A stretch of DNA of 64,000 nt from an uncultured Ignavibacteriales bacterium. Its GTDB lineage: Bacteria; Zixibacteria; MSB-5A5; GN15; FEB-12. The position numbers and the translations under genes are program-made. The notes beneath the pieces are model-generated. The model was not told where the DNA came from, searched no databases, and saw only the letters and a program-made list of their open reading frames with translations. The first letter of the stretch is position 1, and every line of letters begins with the position of its first letter. The DNA is taken from NCBI GenBank assembly GCA_964464605.1, contig CAYXJN010000007.1:124001-188000 (forward strand). The letters are read 5' to 3'. Positions 27,606 to 38,076 of the stretch are shown one piece after another.

Positions 27606-29144
27606 TTATCCTCTGACTATAAGTGAATTGCCGGTCATTTCCGGCGGTTTCGCGAGCTTGAGAATATCCAGAATAGTCGGTGCAATATCAGCTAAAATTC
27701 CATCCCGCATAGTGACGTTGCCCAACTGCTTGGCCGGATCATAGAGAATGCACGGGACTAAATTAGTCGTGTGCGCAGTCCAGGGGCCGCCGGTTTGCGG
27801 ATCGATCATTACTTCCGCGTTGCCATGATCAGCCGTCACGATCGCCACTCCTTTTTGGTTATCGATAGCTTCAAGCAAACGCCCTAAGCCGTGATCAACC
27901 GCTTCGACTGCTTTTTTGGCTGCTTCGAATACGCCGGTATGCCCCACCATATCCGGATTGGCGTAGTTCAGAATAACAACCTGATATTTTCCGGAATTAA
28001 TTTGGGTAACGGTGTTGTCGGTCAGTTCAACCGATGACATCTCCGGCTTCAAATCATACGTTGCGACTTTGGGTGAAGGAATCAGTGCGCGATCTTCCCC
28101 AGCAAATTGCTGCTCTTCCCCGCCATTGAAGAAATATGTCACATGGGCATACTTTTCAGTTTCGGCAGTACGAAGCTGTTTCAAACCGGCATTGGCGACA
28201 ACTTCTCCCAAAATATTTCGGTGACGGTTTGGCTGAAAAATCACCTTCGCTTCGAACATCGACAGTTCATAATTGGTCATCGTCAGCAATTCAATATGCG
28301 GCGCTTTATCCTGTTTAACGGTTATCCCGTCATAATTGAGCAGCATATGGCACAGCTGGCGGGCGCGATCAGCGCGGAAATTGAAATGAATCACGACATC
28401 CCGATCATGAATCGTTACCGGCTGCGCATTGTTTTCGGCAATAACTACCGGCTCGACAAACTCATCGGTGACATTTTTATCATACGAGGCCTGAATCGCG
28501 GCAATTGGATCAGCAAAACGAGGAGCATCCCCCGTTACCATCGCGCGATATGCTTTGTCGACCCGTTCCCAGCGTTTGTCTCGATCCATGCCATAATACC
28601 GGCCGCCGATAGAGGCAATTTTTCCTAATCCGATTGCTTTGAATTTGGCGAGCGTTTGCTCAAGATATTTTTTCCCGTTGGTCGGTGGTGTGTCGCGCCC
28701 ATCCATAAACGCATGGAGATATAGTTCTGTCACTCCCTGACGCTTGGCTAATTCAACGAGTGCATACAAATGGTTCATCGAGGAATGCACACAGCCGTCG
28801 GACAAAAGCCCGCACAGATGTACCGCTTTCTTTTCCTGCGCGATGCGTTCGAACGAGGTCATCAAGAGCGGATGCGTGAAAAAGTCACCGTCGGTTATCG
28901 ATTTGTCGATTCGGGTAATATCCTGATAAATTACTCGTCCGGCGCCTAAATTGAGATGCCCGACTTCGCTGTTTCCCATCTGCCCGACCGGCAATCCGAC
29001 CGCCGGACCGGAACCATCGAGTTTGGAATGTGGGCAACTCAAGAGAAGACGGTCATAATTCGGTTTATGCGCCGCCGCGACTGCGTTATCAGGCGCAGCT
29101 TCGCGCAGCCCGAATCCATCCATGATACAGAGTAAAACGACCAT
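27606..29144 (-). CDS. gpmI: 2,3-bisphosphoglycerate-independent phosphoglycerate mutase
   Basis: MDGFG, GQMGNSEVGH, DGRDT, AETEKYAHVT, DMVGHTG, ADHGNAE. Confidence 0.98.
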   Translation of the reverse strand: MVVLLCIMDGFGLREAAPDNAVAAAHKPNYDRLLLSCPHSKLDGSGPAVGLPVGQMGNSEVGHLNLGAGRVIYQDITRIDKSITDGDFFTHPLLMTSFERIAQEKKAVHLCGLLSDGCVHSSMNHLYALVELAKRQGVTELYLHAFMDGRDTPPTNGKKYLEQTLAKFKAIGLGKIASIGGRYYGMDRDKRWERVDKAYRAMVTGDAPRFADPIAAIQASYDKNVTDEFVEPVVIAENNAQPVTIHDRDVVIHFNFRADRARQLCHMLLNYDGITVKQDKAPHIELLTMTNYELSMFEAKVIFQPNRHRNILGEVVANAGLKQLRTAETEKYAHVTYFFNGGEEQQFAGEDRALIPSPKVATYDLKPEMSSVELTDNTVTQINSGKYQVVILNYANPDMVGHTGVFEAAKKAVEAVDHGLGRLLEAIDNQKGVAIVTADHGNAEVMIDPQTGGPWTAHTTNLVPCILYDPAKQLGNVTMRDGILADIAPTILDILKLAKPPEMTGNSLIVRG

Positions 29145-29155
29145 AATAATTGACG

Positions 29156-30208
29156 TTAATCGACGAGAATGACGCCCTGATTGCCGGCTTCGATATGCCC
29201 GATCTGATACACCGGTTCATTGGCTAATTTCAATGCGGCAGTGATACCTTCGACATCCTCTTTCCCCACCGCCATGATATACCCGATGCCCATATTGAAC
29301 GCTGAATACATATCCTCATAATCAAGACTTCCGATACGGCTGAGGAACGGGAAAATCGGCGGTACCGGCCAGGATTCTTTTTTCACCCGTGCCTGACATC
29401 CCTTCGGCAGAATACGGCTGAGATTGCCGGGGATACCGCCGCCGGTAATATGCGCCATGCCGTGAATGGTGAATCTATCAAGTAACGGACGAACGAGCGG
29501 AGCGTAACAGCGGTGCACTTTCATCAATGCCTGCGCGACGGTTTCACCGAGTCCGGAATCGTAGTAATCAGAGCGCAATGAACCTTGCGTGAACACCGCC
29601 ATGCGAGCTAATGAATACCCGTTTGTGTGCAACCCATTCGAACCTAAGCCGAGCAGCACATCCCCGACTTTGACTGCGGAACCATCGATAATTTTCGGTT
29701 CATCGACTACGCCAACGATGCATCCGGCTAAATCATATTCCCCTGCCCGGTAAAAATCCGGCATTTCGGCGGTTTCACCGCCGACTAAGGCCATTCCGGC
29801 ATTTTTACAGCCGCGGCTCATACCGGCCACAATATCAGCAACGACTGAAGGCTGGAGTTTTCCGGTGGCGATGTAATCAAGGAAATACAGCGGCCGCGCC
29901 CCATGCACGAGAATATCATTAATGCAGTGATTAACTAAGTCTTCCCCCACCGTGTTATGGATACCGGTCATGAAAGCGAGCTTGAGCTTGGTACCGACTC
30001 CGTCGACTGAGGAGACTAAAACCGGTTCGCTTATCCCCTTAAAATCCGGTTTGTAAAAACCGCCGAAGGCACCGATTCCACGCAAAACCTGAGGGGTAAA
30101 AGTCGAGGCCGCGAGCTTTTTGATTCGTTCGACCGCGTCATCGCCGGCTTTAATATCAACGCCTGCTTCAGCATAGGTCAAACCGGCTGGCTTCGGGGGA
30201 GTTTCCAT
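29156..30208 (-). CDS. purM: Phosphoribosylformylglycinamidine cyclo-ligase
   Basis: YAEAGVDI, DGVGTK, GGETAEMP, GLHTNGYSL, HITGGG, FNMGIG. Confidence 0.98.
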   Translation of the reverse strand: METPPKPAGLTYAEAGVDIKAGDDAVERIKKLAASTFTPQVLRGIGAFGGFYKPDFKGISEPVLVSSVDGVGTKLKLAFMTGIHNTVGEDLVNHCINDILVHGARPLYFLDYIATGKLQPSVVADIVAGMSRGCKNAGMALVGGETAEMPDFYRAGEYDLAGCIVGVVDEPKIIDGSAVKVGDVLLGLGSNGLHTNGYSLARMAVFTQGSLRSDYYDSGLGETVAQALMKVHRCYAPLVRPLLDRFTIHGMAHITGGGIPGNLSRILPKGCQARVKKESWPVPPIFPFLSRIGSLDYEDMYSAFNMGIGYIMAVGKEDVEGITAALKLANEPVYQIGHIEAGNQGVILVD

Positions 30209-30213
30209 TGCAG

Positions 30214-30243
30214 AATATAACCGGGAAACGGAGGTAAAGTCAA
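30214..30243 (-). promoter_or_regulatory. Sigma70 promoter of purM (probably leaderless)
   Basis: TTGACT-N18-TATATT, only 5 nt before the ATG; no SD. Confidence 0.6.
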
Positions 30244-30253
30244 TATGACCGAA

Positions 30254-31231
30254 TCAGTGACCGCGTTCCTGCAAAATACGGAGAACAGCGGAGAAATCAT
30301 CCGGCAACGGAGATTCAACCGAGAGTTTTTCCTCGGTAAAGGGATGAATAAAACTCAGCTTTGCGGCATGAAGCGCCTGACGGGAAATCTGCGATAACAA
30401 TTCAATCACGAGCGGTCGTTCCGGCGCAAAAATTCCTTTCAAAATCTTCTCACGACCGCCGTATTCCGGATCTCCCAATATCGGATGTCCCAAATGCGAA
30501 AAATGGACGCGAATTTGATGCGTTCTTCCGGTATGCAAATGAATCTCTAAATAATCAAAGGCGCGAAACCGCTCTTGTAACCGATACTCGGTTTGGGCGG
30601 TGCGTGAGCCGCGGGAAGTTACCGCCATTTTGGTTCGGTCCTTAGCTGAACGGCCGATAGGCATATTGATAACGCCGTTTTCCTCTTTCATATGGCCGCA
30701 CACAATCGCGCGATACTCCCGCGCAATTTCCCGCGCTGCAATCATCGGCTGCAGTTTTGCCAGTGCCGCTTCTGTTTTGGCAATGACCAACAGACCGGAA
30801 GTTTCTTTATCCAACCGATGCACGATTCCAAGTCGGTCTTTTGATTGGCCGGGTAACTGTTTATACCGATGCATCAGCGCGTTTACCAGTGTTCCGGAAT
30901 AATTTCCGGCGGCGGGATGTGTTACCATTCCGGCCGGTTTATCGATAATGGCAAGGTATTCATCTTCGTACGCCACCCGCAATGGGATCGCTTCAGCATC
31001 GACTGAAAACACCCTCGCTTCCGGCAATGTCAGGGTGATAGTTTCATTTCCTTTTACTTTATGATTTTTAGTAACGGCGTTGCCGTTTACTAAAACGTTT
31101 CCGGATTCAATCAATTGCTGTGCTTTGTTGCGGGTCAGTTCCAATTCACTTTGACCGCTAAGAAACAGATCAAGCCGTGTAGCAGTGATATCCGATGGAA
31201 CGGTTATAGTAATTGGTTTCTGTTTGCTCAT
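30254..31231 (-). CDS. rluD: RluA/RluD-family 23S rRNA pseudouridine synthase
   Basis: S4 domain, KPAGM, HRLDKETSG, TGRTHQIRVH, GDPEYG. Confidence 0.92.
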   Translation of the reverse strand: MSKQKPITITVPSDITATRLDLFLSGQSELELTRNKAQQLIESGNVLVNGNAVTKNHKVKGNETITLTLPEARVFSVDAEAIPLRVAYEDEYLAIIDKPAGMVTHPAAGNYSGTLVNALMHRYKQLPGQSKDRLGIVHRLDKETSGLLVIAKTEAALAKLQPMIAAREIAREYRAIVCGHMKEENGVINMPIGRSAKDRTKMAVTSRGSRTAQTEYRLQERFRAFDYLEIHLHTGRTHQIRVHFSHLGHPILGDPEYGGREKILKGIFAPERPLVIELLSQISRQALHAAKLSFIHPFTEEKLSVESPLPDDFSAVLRILQERGH

Positions 31232-32046
31232 TCACTTCTCCGTTCATCTGCGGATAACAGCCCGGAATGGGCGAGTGTTTCGGATAATTCGATAAATTGC
31301 TCAGTCGTGAGCTCCTCCGCACGAGCAGTCGGTGCGATATCAAGTCCGGTCAGCAAATTACGTAAATCGGCCGATTCAATAGCAAATTCAGAAAGAAAAT
31401 TACTCACGAGCAGCTTTCTGCGTTGAGCAAATGCAACCCGCACCACACGTTCAAAGAACGGGAAATTTACAATACTGGGCGCTTGGGCCGGTAACAGACG
31501 CACGACGGAAGAAGTAACATCCGGCCGGGGGTGAAACTCCTCTTTCGGCACATGAAACAGTATATCGGTATGGTAATACATCTGAGTAAACAGACTCAGG
31601 GGCGACCATCCTTTTGATTTTGGTGCAGCAGATAAACGGACGGCTACTTCTTTTTGCATCATCAAAATCGCGCGGGAAATCTGTGCATGATACTGACATG
31701 CCCATGCCAACACCGGCGAGGTTATATTGTACGGCAAATTGCCCACGAGTACAAACTTATCGAGATTGGTCGGTTCAAAATGCAGAAAATCTTCATGAAT
31801 AAGCGCGATGTTATCGTTTCCACGCAAAAGTGCCGTGAGATAACCGATCAAATCTTTGTCATACTCGATCGCGACTACATTGGCGCCGCTTTTGACGAGC
31901 GGCAGCGTTATCGCTCCTTTTCCGGCACCGACCTCAACAATCGTTTCCGATGGTTTCGGAGCAATAGCATCGGTAATTTTTGCGATTACTTCCTGCGAGA
32001 CCAGAAAATTCTGACCCAAACGTTTTTTGGCGCGATAAGAACTCAT
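31228..32046 (-). CDS. rsmA: 16S rRNA adenine dimethyltransferase
   Basis: KKRLGQNFL, EVGAGKG, NLPYNI, MMQKEVA, RAEEL. Confidence 0.97.
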   Translation of the reverse strand: MSSYRAKKRLGQNFLVSQEVIAKITDAIAPKPSETIVEVGAGKGAITLPLVKSGANVVAIEYDKDLIGYLTALLRGNDNIALIHEDFLHFEPTNLDKFVLVGNLPYNITSPVLAWACQYHAQISRAILMMQKEVAVRLSAAPKSKGWSPLSLFTQMYYHTDILFHVPKEEFHPRPDVTSSVVRLLPAQAPSIVNFPFFERVVRVAFAQRRKLLVSNFLSEFAIESADLRNLLTGLDIAPTARAEELTTEQFIELSETLAHSGLLSADERRSE

Positions 32047-32061
32047 GATGATAAAACGAAA

Positions 32062-32841
32062 TCAGCCTTCAAACGCCTGTTCAAGCCGGTAGACACGGCG
32101 GGTGACTTTATCGGTCGTGCGCTCGACTTCTTCAGGTGAAATCCCGCGCAATTCAGCCAGCTTATCCCGCACGAGTGTTACAAAGGCAGGTTGGTTGGTT
32201 TTTCCGCGATGCGGCACCGGAGTCAGATACGGCGAATCAGTTTCGAGCATAATTTTATCAAGCGGAACAGCGGCGGCAGTTTTGGCCATCTGCGAATTGT
32301 TATACGTAATCACACCGCCGACTGAAATTGCAAAACCCAATGCGAATACCTGCTCTGCCTCATCCGGTGTACCGGGGAAACAGTGGAACACACCGCCACG
32401 CAGACGGGATGCATATTCCCGCACAATCGCCACCGTATCGGCGAATGATTCGCGGGTATGAATCACGATCGGCATAGAAAGTTCGACAGCTAATTGCAGT
32501 TGTTTATGAAATGCTTCTTTTTGCACTGGGCGAGGGGATAAATCACGGTAGTAATCGAGTCCTATTTCCCCTATCGCTACTACCTTTTTGTTTTGCGTCA
32601 GTTCACGCAGCCTTTTGAGTACTGAGTCATTAAGCGTGGTTGCATCATGAGGATGAACCCCAACTGTCGCGTAGACAGAATCAAATTTATCGGCAATAGC
32701 AACCGCACGCTCAGAAGATGGCAGATTGGCCCCTATCGACACCATCGTACCGACCCCTGCCTTTTTCGCTTCGGCTACAAAGGAATCTATTTTTCCGGAG
32801 TATTCTCGTGAGTCGAGATGACAATGCGAGTCAATCATCAC
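32062..32841 (-). CDS. tatD: TatD-family hydrolase
   Basis: DSHCH, GVHPH, GEIGLDYY, IHTR, HCF, ETDSPYL. Confidence 0.95.
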   Translation of the reverse strand: MMIDSHCHLDSREYSGKIDSFVAEAKKAGVGTMVSIGANLPSSERAVAIADKFDSVYATVGVHPHDATTLNDSVLKRLRELTQNKKVVAIGEIGLDYYRDLSPRPVQKEAFHKQLQLAVELSMPIVIHTRESFADTVAIVREYASRLRGGVFHCFPGTPDEAEQVFALGFAISVGGVITYNNSQMAKTAAAVPLDKIMLETDSPYLTPVPHRGKTNQPAFVTLVRDKLAELRGISPEEVERTTDKVTRRVYRLEQAFEG

Positions 32842-34772
32842 CCGACCTTGGCGCCGACAGGAATATCAGCAGACGGACTGACCAATACTAAACTCTTACC
32901 GGATTTCGCAGCTAATAACATACCGTTCGATTGAATACCGCGAATGACAGCAGGTTTCAGATTTGCAACGACAATGATATTCATTCCCTGAATCTGTTCC
33001 GGCGTATAGAACTCAGCGATACCGGAAATAATCTGCCGTTTTTCGGTGCCCAAATCGATCTGCAGTTTCAAAAGCTTGGTCGCCCCTTCAACTTTTTCTG
33101 CTTCCAGTACTTTGGCAACCCGTAGATCGACAACACCGAATTGGGAAATATCAATCAATCCGGCGCCGCTTTCATCCGGTGACGTCGTCACTTCTGTTTT
33201 TGCTTGGGGTGCTGCGGCTTTAGCTTTTGCTTCTAAACGAGGGAAAACTGCTGATGACAATTTAACCTGAATACCGGGTGCCAGTTTGTAAAACTGCTTT
33301 GCATCTGCTAATGTTAATCCGCTGTCGGTTAAGCCAAAGGCACTGCGAATTTCCCGCGCTTTATTTGGAATAACCGGCGATAACAGAACGGAAACGATAC
33401 GAATCACTTCACAGCAGGCAGTCAACACACCGCCGGCTTCTTTCAGTTTTCCTTCTTTGACCAACACCCAGGGAGCAGCATCATTGAAAAACTTATTCGC
33501 CGCTTTTACAAGGGTCATCGATTCACTGATCGCGTGGCCGATACGAAACGCATTGATATGCGCATAGGCAGCATCGGCAGTTGCATCGGCCTGCTGTTTC
33601 AAAGCAGCAAAACCGGGTGCGGAATCATCCCGTTCCGGAAGCTTCCCATCAAAATTCGTTTCGATAATTTTGGTAACGCGGGAAACCAGATTTCCCAAAT
33701 CATTGGCTAAGTCGGAATTGTACTGCGCAACAAACCGGGAGGCCTGAATATCTCCATCCAAACCGAACGGGAACTGGGTGACAAGCAGATAGCGGGTGCC
33801 ATCCGGACCAAACTCATCCACCATATCGTTCGGATCGATAAAATTACCGAGTGATTTGGACATCTTTTCACCATCGACGGTGAAAAAGCCGTGAATGAAA
33901 ATCTCATCCGGCAGTTTCACACCAGCCGCCATGAGCATCGCTGGCCAAAACAGCGTATGGAACTTGAGAATATCTTTAGCCATGAAATGCACCGCGTGGC
34001 CATTGGTCCACCATTTGTCGAAGTGCGCGGGGTCGTCGGCATAGCCAAGCGCCGTGATATAGTTGGAGAGTGCATCCACCCAGACATAGGCTGCCTGCGC
34101 CGGATCAAACGGTAACGGTATTCCCCATTTGACGCGTTCACGCGAGGCTGAAAAATCCGGTACGCCGACTTCGATCATCCCAAGCACTTCCCGGCGTCGT
34201 TCTTCCGGAAGAATAACTAATTCCCCTTTAAGAATTTTTTCTTTAATGACCGGCAAATAGGATGACAACCGGAAAAAGTAATTTTTCTCTTTTAATACTT
34301 CCGGCTTAGTGCGATGAAACGGACAGAGTCCGTTCACCAATTCTTTTTCGGTATAAAATCGCTCGCAGCCGGTGCAGTAGAGACCTTCATAGTAGTCGAC
34401 GTAGATTGCTTCTTTGCCATCCGGCGTTTTCGCCGTGCGAAGCGCTTCCAAGATTTTGTTAACACCTTTGATGTGTTTCTCGGATGTCGTGCGGATAAAA
34501 TAATTGTATTCAATCGAGAGATTTTTCCATGCCGTCAAAAACGTCTGCACCGTCCGATCGCAAAAGGCAATTTCACTGATACCGGCGGTAGCGGCGGCTT
34601 CGGCAATTTTTGTGCCGTGTTCATCGGTACCGGTTAAGAAAAATGCTTCACGACCCGCTAAACGATGAAACCGGGTCATCAGATCGGCGGCGATAGTGGT
34701 GTAGGCATGACCGATATGCGGGCGGTCATTGACATAGTAAATCGGCGTGGTGATATAAAATGGTTTGGTCAT
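32838..34772 (-). CDS. metG: Methionine--tRNA ligase with C-terminal tRNA-binding domain
   Basis: ITTPIYYVN, HIGH, GTDEHG, KMSKS, C-terminal OB fold (NLKPA...SNGM). Confidence 0.98.
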   Translation of the reverse strand: MTKPFYITTPIYYVNDRPHIGHAYTTIAADLMTRFHRLAGREAFFLTGTDEHGTKIAEAAATAGISEIAFCDRTVQTFLTAWKNLSIEYNYFIRTTSEKHIKGVNKILEALRTAKTPDGKEAIYVDYYEGLYCTGCERFYTEKELVNGLCPFHRTKPEVLKEKNYFFRLSSYLPVIKEKILKGELVILPEERRREVLGMIEVGVPDFSASRERVKWGIPLPFDPAQAAYVWVDALSNYITALGYADDPAHFDKWWTNGHAVHFMAKDILKFHTLFWPAMLMAAGVKLPDEIFIHGFFTVDGEKMSKSLGNFIDPNDMVDEFGPDGTRYLLVTQFPFGLDGDIQASRFVAQYNSDLANDLGNLVSRVTKIIETNFDGKLPERDDSAPGFAALKQQADATADAAYAHINAFRIGHAISESMTLVKAANKFFNDAAPWVLVKEGKLKEAGGVLTACCEVIRIVSVLLSPVIPNKAREIRSAFGLTDSGLTLADAKQFYKLAPGIQVKLSSAVFPRLEAKAKAAAPQAKTEVTTSPDESGAGLIDISQFGVVDLRVAKVLEAEKVEGATKLLKLQIDLGTEKRQIISGIAEFYTPEQIQGMNIIVVANLKPAVIRGIQSNGMLLAAKSGKSLVLVSPSADIPVGAKVG

Positions 34773-34788
34773 GGAATATTTGTAAGAC

Positions 34789-35754
34789 TCAATTCACAGT
34801 ATCGGATTCGTTGGACTCATCAAAGTCATCAGGTAAATCAGCCAAAGGTGTTTCATCCACCGGTTCTACCGGTTCATCGACCGGCTCATCAACATTCTGT
34901 TCTGTATCTGTTTGCTGTTTGTTCATCGCGGCAACAACATGCTGCGGCGGATGATTTCGTTTTTCTCTAATACCTTCCGCCGGAACCCGGAAAATCCCAC
35001 CTTCGGCATTACGCACAACCGCCTGCTCGGTAAAATAATCGATGCGCTGGATAATACCATCACCGGCGTCGGAGCGAATCCACTGCCCCGGCTGCGGAAA
35101 TTGCCGCTTTAACGAGGCGTATACATCCGCTTCATATTTCAAACAGCACAACAACCGTCCGCAGTTGCCCGATATTTTCGCAGGGTTAAGGGGCAAATCT
35201 TGTTCACGGGCATGTTGCGTTGTTATCGGCGCGAATTCTTTAATGTGGGTATTGCAGCACTGGCGTCGTCCGCAAATTCCGAACCCGCCGATTCGACGCG
35301 CTTCATCCCGTACGCCGATTTGCCGGAGTTCGATTCTGGTACGATATTTCGCCGCTAATTCTTTTACCAGTTCACGAAAATCAACACGATGTTCCGCCGT
35401 AAAAAAGATCGTCATCTTGTTGCCATCGAATTGCAGTTCAATATCGACAACTTTCATAACTAAGCCGTGACGGCGAATAATCTGTATAATCTCTTTGCGA
35501 TAGAGCAGCTCTTTGGCGCGAATCTCCTGCTCTCGGGTGATATCTTCCGGATTGGCCGGACGTAAAATCGAGCGCGGACGTTCCCCTTCCGGAAAATCCA
35601 TTTCCTGTTCGACTTTGACCGAAAGTACGCCGATATCTTCCCCGCGTTCAGCCTGTGTTATGACCGGTTCGGGAATACGAAGCGTGTGGTAATAGGAGTT
35701 GTAGTAATACTCCTTACGGGAACCTTTGAATTCAACGATATATAATTCAGCCAT
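34789..35754 (-). CDS. ricT: PSP1 domain protein (RicT/YaaT family)
   Basis: RVDFRELVKELA, RIELRQIGVRDEA, GICGRRQCC, CGRLLCCLKYE. ATG at 35754. Confidence 0.92.
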   Translation of the reverse strand: MAELYIVEFKGSRKEYYYNSYYHTLRIPEPVITQAERGEDIGVLSVKVEQEMDFPEGERPRSILRPANPEDITREQEIRAKELLYRKEIIQIIRRHGLVMKVVDIELQFDGNKMTIFFTAEHRVDFRELVKELAAKYRTRIELRQIGVRDEARRIGGFGICGRRQCCNTHIKEFAPITTQHAREQDLPLNPAKISGNCGRLLCCLKYEADVYASLKRQFPQPGQWIRSDAGDGIIQRIDYFTEQAVVRNAEGGIFRVPAEGIREKRNHPPQHVVAAMNKQQTDTEQNVDEPVDEPVEPVDETPLADLPDDFDESNESDTVN

Positions 35755-35762
35755 TATTTCCT

Positions 35763-36914
35763 CTAACGGACGTACACGCCGGTGGCCGGAACGGCCGGAT
35801 GCTCCAGCACCCACTTCATTCTCAGCACTAAGGCGGTAATTGCGTTTTGAATATGAACGTTCCGCCGTAGGTCGGCAAGGGTAAACTTGATAAGCCGTCC
35901 CAGCTGATCCGGCACCGACGGGTCGGCAAACAGATGAGCACAGGCGGCAATTTCAGAGGAAAAATCGATATTGACCAGACGATCATCCGACGCGCCATAC
36001 GCTTTCGCGGAACAATCGGTTATCAGCGATTGCCAGAGCCGCAAAAGTGCTTCGGTTCCCCCTTTATCCTTATCAAGCAAATCAGCAACGCGGTTGATGA
36101 CAACCGGCGACGGCTCTTTTACCAGCGATTGAAACAAGAGCATACCGACTGCTCGTTGCGATGATTCACTCTCTTCATCCGTATGTGCAATCAACTCGGC
36201 TGCCCGGCCGAGTGAGCCATCGGCGATTCGAAACAACAGTTTCGCCCGCTGTTCGGTAATCGAATGTGCGGTCATCAGAAAACGAATTCCTTCGGTTTCA
36301 GAAATCCGGCCGAGTTTTATTTTTTGTGAGCGTGATGCTATTGTCGGTAGTAAGCCCTCTGACCGTTCGGTAGTCAGAATCATAATTGTATTCGGCGGCG
36401 GCTCTTCGATCAGTTTTAACAGCGCATCGGCGGTCGCTTCGAGCATTCTTTCCATCTCGGAAAAAATAACAACCCGCATCTGATTCGGCGCGATTTTGAG
36501 CGATAACCGTGTCTGTATCTCACGAGTCAGCGAAATCGGAATAGTCGCCGTTCCCGAAAACTGCGGCGTTTGAAAGGGGGAAACACGGCGGGCTTCTAAC
36601 CCTTCGGCAATAAAGCCGTTCAATTCATCGACATTTTTGTGCGTCGGCACCGGAAACAGCGGATGCAGCAATTCTGACTGCAATCCAAAAATCATCCGGC
36701 AGGCGCGGCATTGGTTACAGGGCACTAATACATCTTTGGATTCTATCGGACTTTCGCAATTGACCAGCGCTGCCAGCGAAATCGCCAACGGCCAGTGACC
36801 GGTGCCGTCAGTGCCATGAAACAGATAAGTCGAAGCGAGCCGTTTCGATTGAAAGGAACGGGATAACAGCTGCCATGCACGCGGCTGAATTGTTTCGATA
36901 TTAAAAGCTGTCAA
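35763..36914 (-). CDS. holB: DNA polymerase III delta' subunit
   Basis: YLFHG, zinc motif CNQCRAC, ALLKLIEEPP, LLPTIASR; upstream of ricT. Confidence 0.9.
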   Translation of the reverse strand: MTAFNIETIQPRAWQLLSRSFQSKRLASTYLFHGTDGTGHWPLAISLAALVNCESPIESKDVLVPCNQCRACRMIFGLQSELLHPLFPVPTHKNVDELNGFIAEGLEARRVSPFQTPQFSGTATIPISLTREIQTRLSLKIAPNQMRVVIFSEMERMLEATADALLKLIEEPPPNTIMILTTERSEGLLPTIASRSQKIKLGRISETEGIRFLMTAHSITEQRAKLLFRIADGSLGRAAELIAHTDEESESSQRAVGMLLFQSLVKEPSPVVINRVADLLDKDKGGTEALLRLWQSLITDCSAKAYGASDDRLVNIDFSSEIAACAHLFADPSVPDQLGRLIKFTLADLRRNVHIQNAITALVLRMKWVLEHPAVPATGVYVR

Positions 36915-38076
36915 GGCGTAACCACTCTACCGGATCAAGGGTTTGTTTGCCGTTTCGCAATTCGAACCGCACCACCCCATCAGTACCGGCAGCACCGACG
37001 GCCTCATCGGCTGAAATCTGCTGGTTGGTATTGACATAGGTATTTCCAAGCCCGGCATAAGTGGCATAGTGCGTTTTATCATGCTGAACGATAACAAATC
37101 GGCCGTAGCCGCGCAAATCACTTACATAGACTACCACCCCATCCGCAACCGAGCGAACCTGCCCCCCCGGATCACCGGCAATCGAAATTCCGGGTGAAAA
37201 TGACTTCAGCTTAGTCTTTGCGTCGACTCGTGCGCCGTAGGGAACGATAATTTCCCCTTTGCAAGGTGAACGCAATTGTCCTTTGAGCGTAGCCAGCGAT
37301 ACCGTCGGGATTTGCACTGACGGTTCTTCATGCGTGCGCTCCGCCTCTTTGCGCGCCGCTTCCAGACGGGCGATAATATCTTCCATCGCTTTGGCCGCTT
37401 GTTCAAGCGTAACCAGTTCATCCGCCGTGAGTGAGTGTTTGCGTCGTAACTGCTTCAGATTTTTTTCCTGTTTTGCCTTTTTCGCTCCGGCTAAGGCGAC
37501 AGCGCTTTCTTTTTGCTCTTTCAGTGCGCTTACTTTTTTGCTGCGGCCGGTAGCATTTTTGAGTTCATTGGTTGTTGCCTGCAATAAAGATTGCGATTGT
37601 TCGACATTAGCCGAGGCAAATCTGGTAACCGTGGTCAGATAATTGATTTTCCGTTTCGTTTCCAATTCATAATTCGGCTCACCGAAGAACGGCGGTGCGG
37701 TTTCGCGTGATGCTAAATAGAAATTCCGGATGCTATTGGTAAGCTGTTGCTGCGATTGTGCGTACTGTGTTTGCCCCACTGTGATTTGGGCATTAAGGTT
37801 TTTCATTATCTTTTGCAGATCGTTCAACTCCACCGAAAGGCGGGAAACGACTTTTTTGTCGGAACTGATTTTTCCTTCGATATCAGCGACTTGTTTGGTG
37901 ATTTTCTTCTCGGCGTTTTTCAGGGAATCAAGCGACTGTTTGCGGCGGGAGATTTCTTTCTGAATATCTTTCAGTTCTTTGCTTTTTTCAGAGACGTCAT
38001 CATCCGCAAAGGCCGACGCACACAAAAGAAAAACGGCTGCCGCCGTAGATGAAAACAGAAATCGTTTCGTTACCAT
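36901..38076 (-). CDS. envC: Murein hydrolase activator EnvC (coiled coil plus degenerate M23 domain)
   Basis: Signal peptide, long coiled coil, GVVVY...GYG...FELR...DPVEWL; M23 zinc ligands absent; follows ftsX. Confidence 0.85.
   Translation of the reverse strand: MVTKRFLFSSTAAAVFLLCASAFADDDVSEKSKELKDIQKEISRRKQSLDSLKNAEKKITKQVADIEGKISSDKKVVSRLSVELNDLQKIMKNLNAQITVGQTQYAQSQQQLTNSIRNFYLASRETAPPFFGEPNYELETKRKINYLTTVTRFASANVEQSQSLLQATTNELKNATGRSKKVSALKEQKESAVALAGAKKAKQEKNLKQLRRKHSLTADELVTLEQAAKAMEDIIARLEAARKEAERTHEEPSVQIPTVSLATLKGQLRSPCKGEIIVPYGARVDAKTKLKSFSPGISIAGDPGGQVRSVADGVVVYVSDLRGYGRFVIVQHDKTHYATYAGLGNTYVNTNQQISADEAVGAAGTDGVVRFELRNGKQTLDPVEWLRLDSF

Noticed and set aside
35763..36914. Non-canonical Walker A (GTDGTGHW) in HolB
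   Set aside because: The delta' subunit is normally ATPase-inactive, so degeneration is expected.
36901..37300. Missing zinc ligands in the M23 domain
   Set aside because: This is the normal, known state of EnvC activators.
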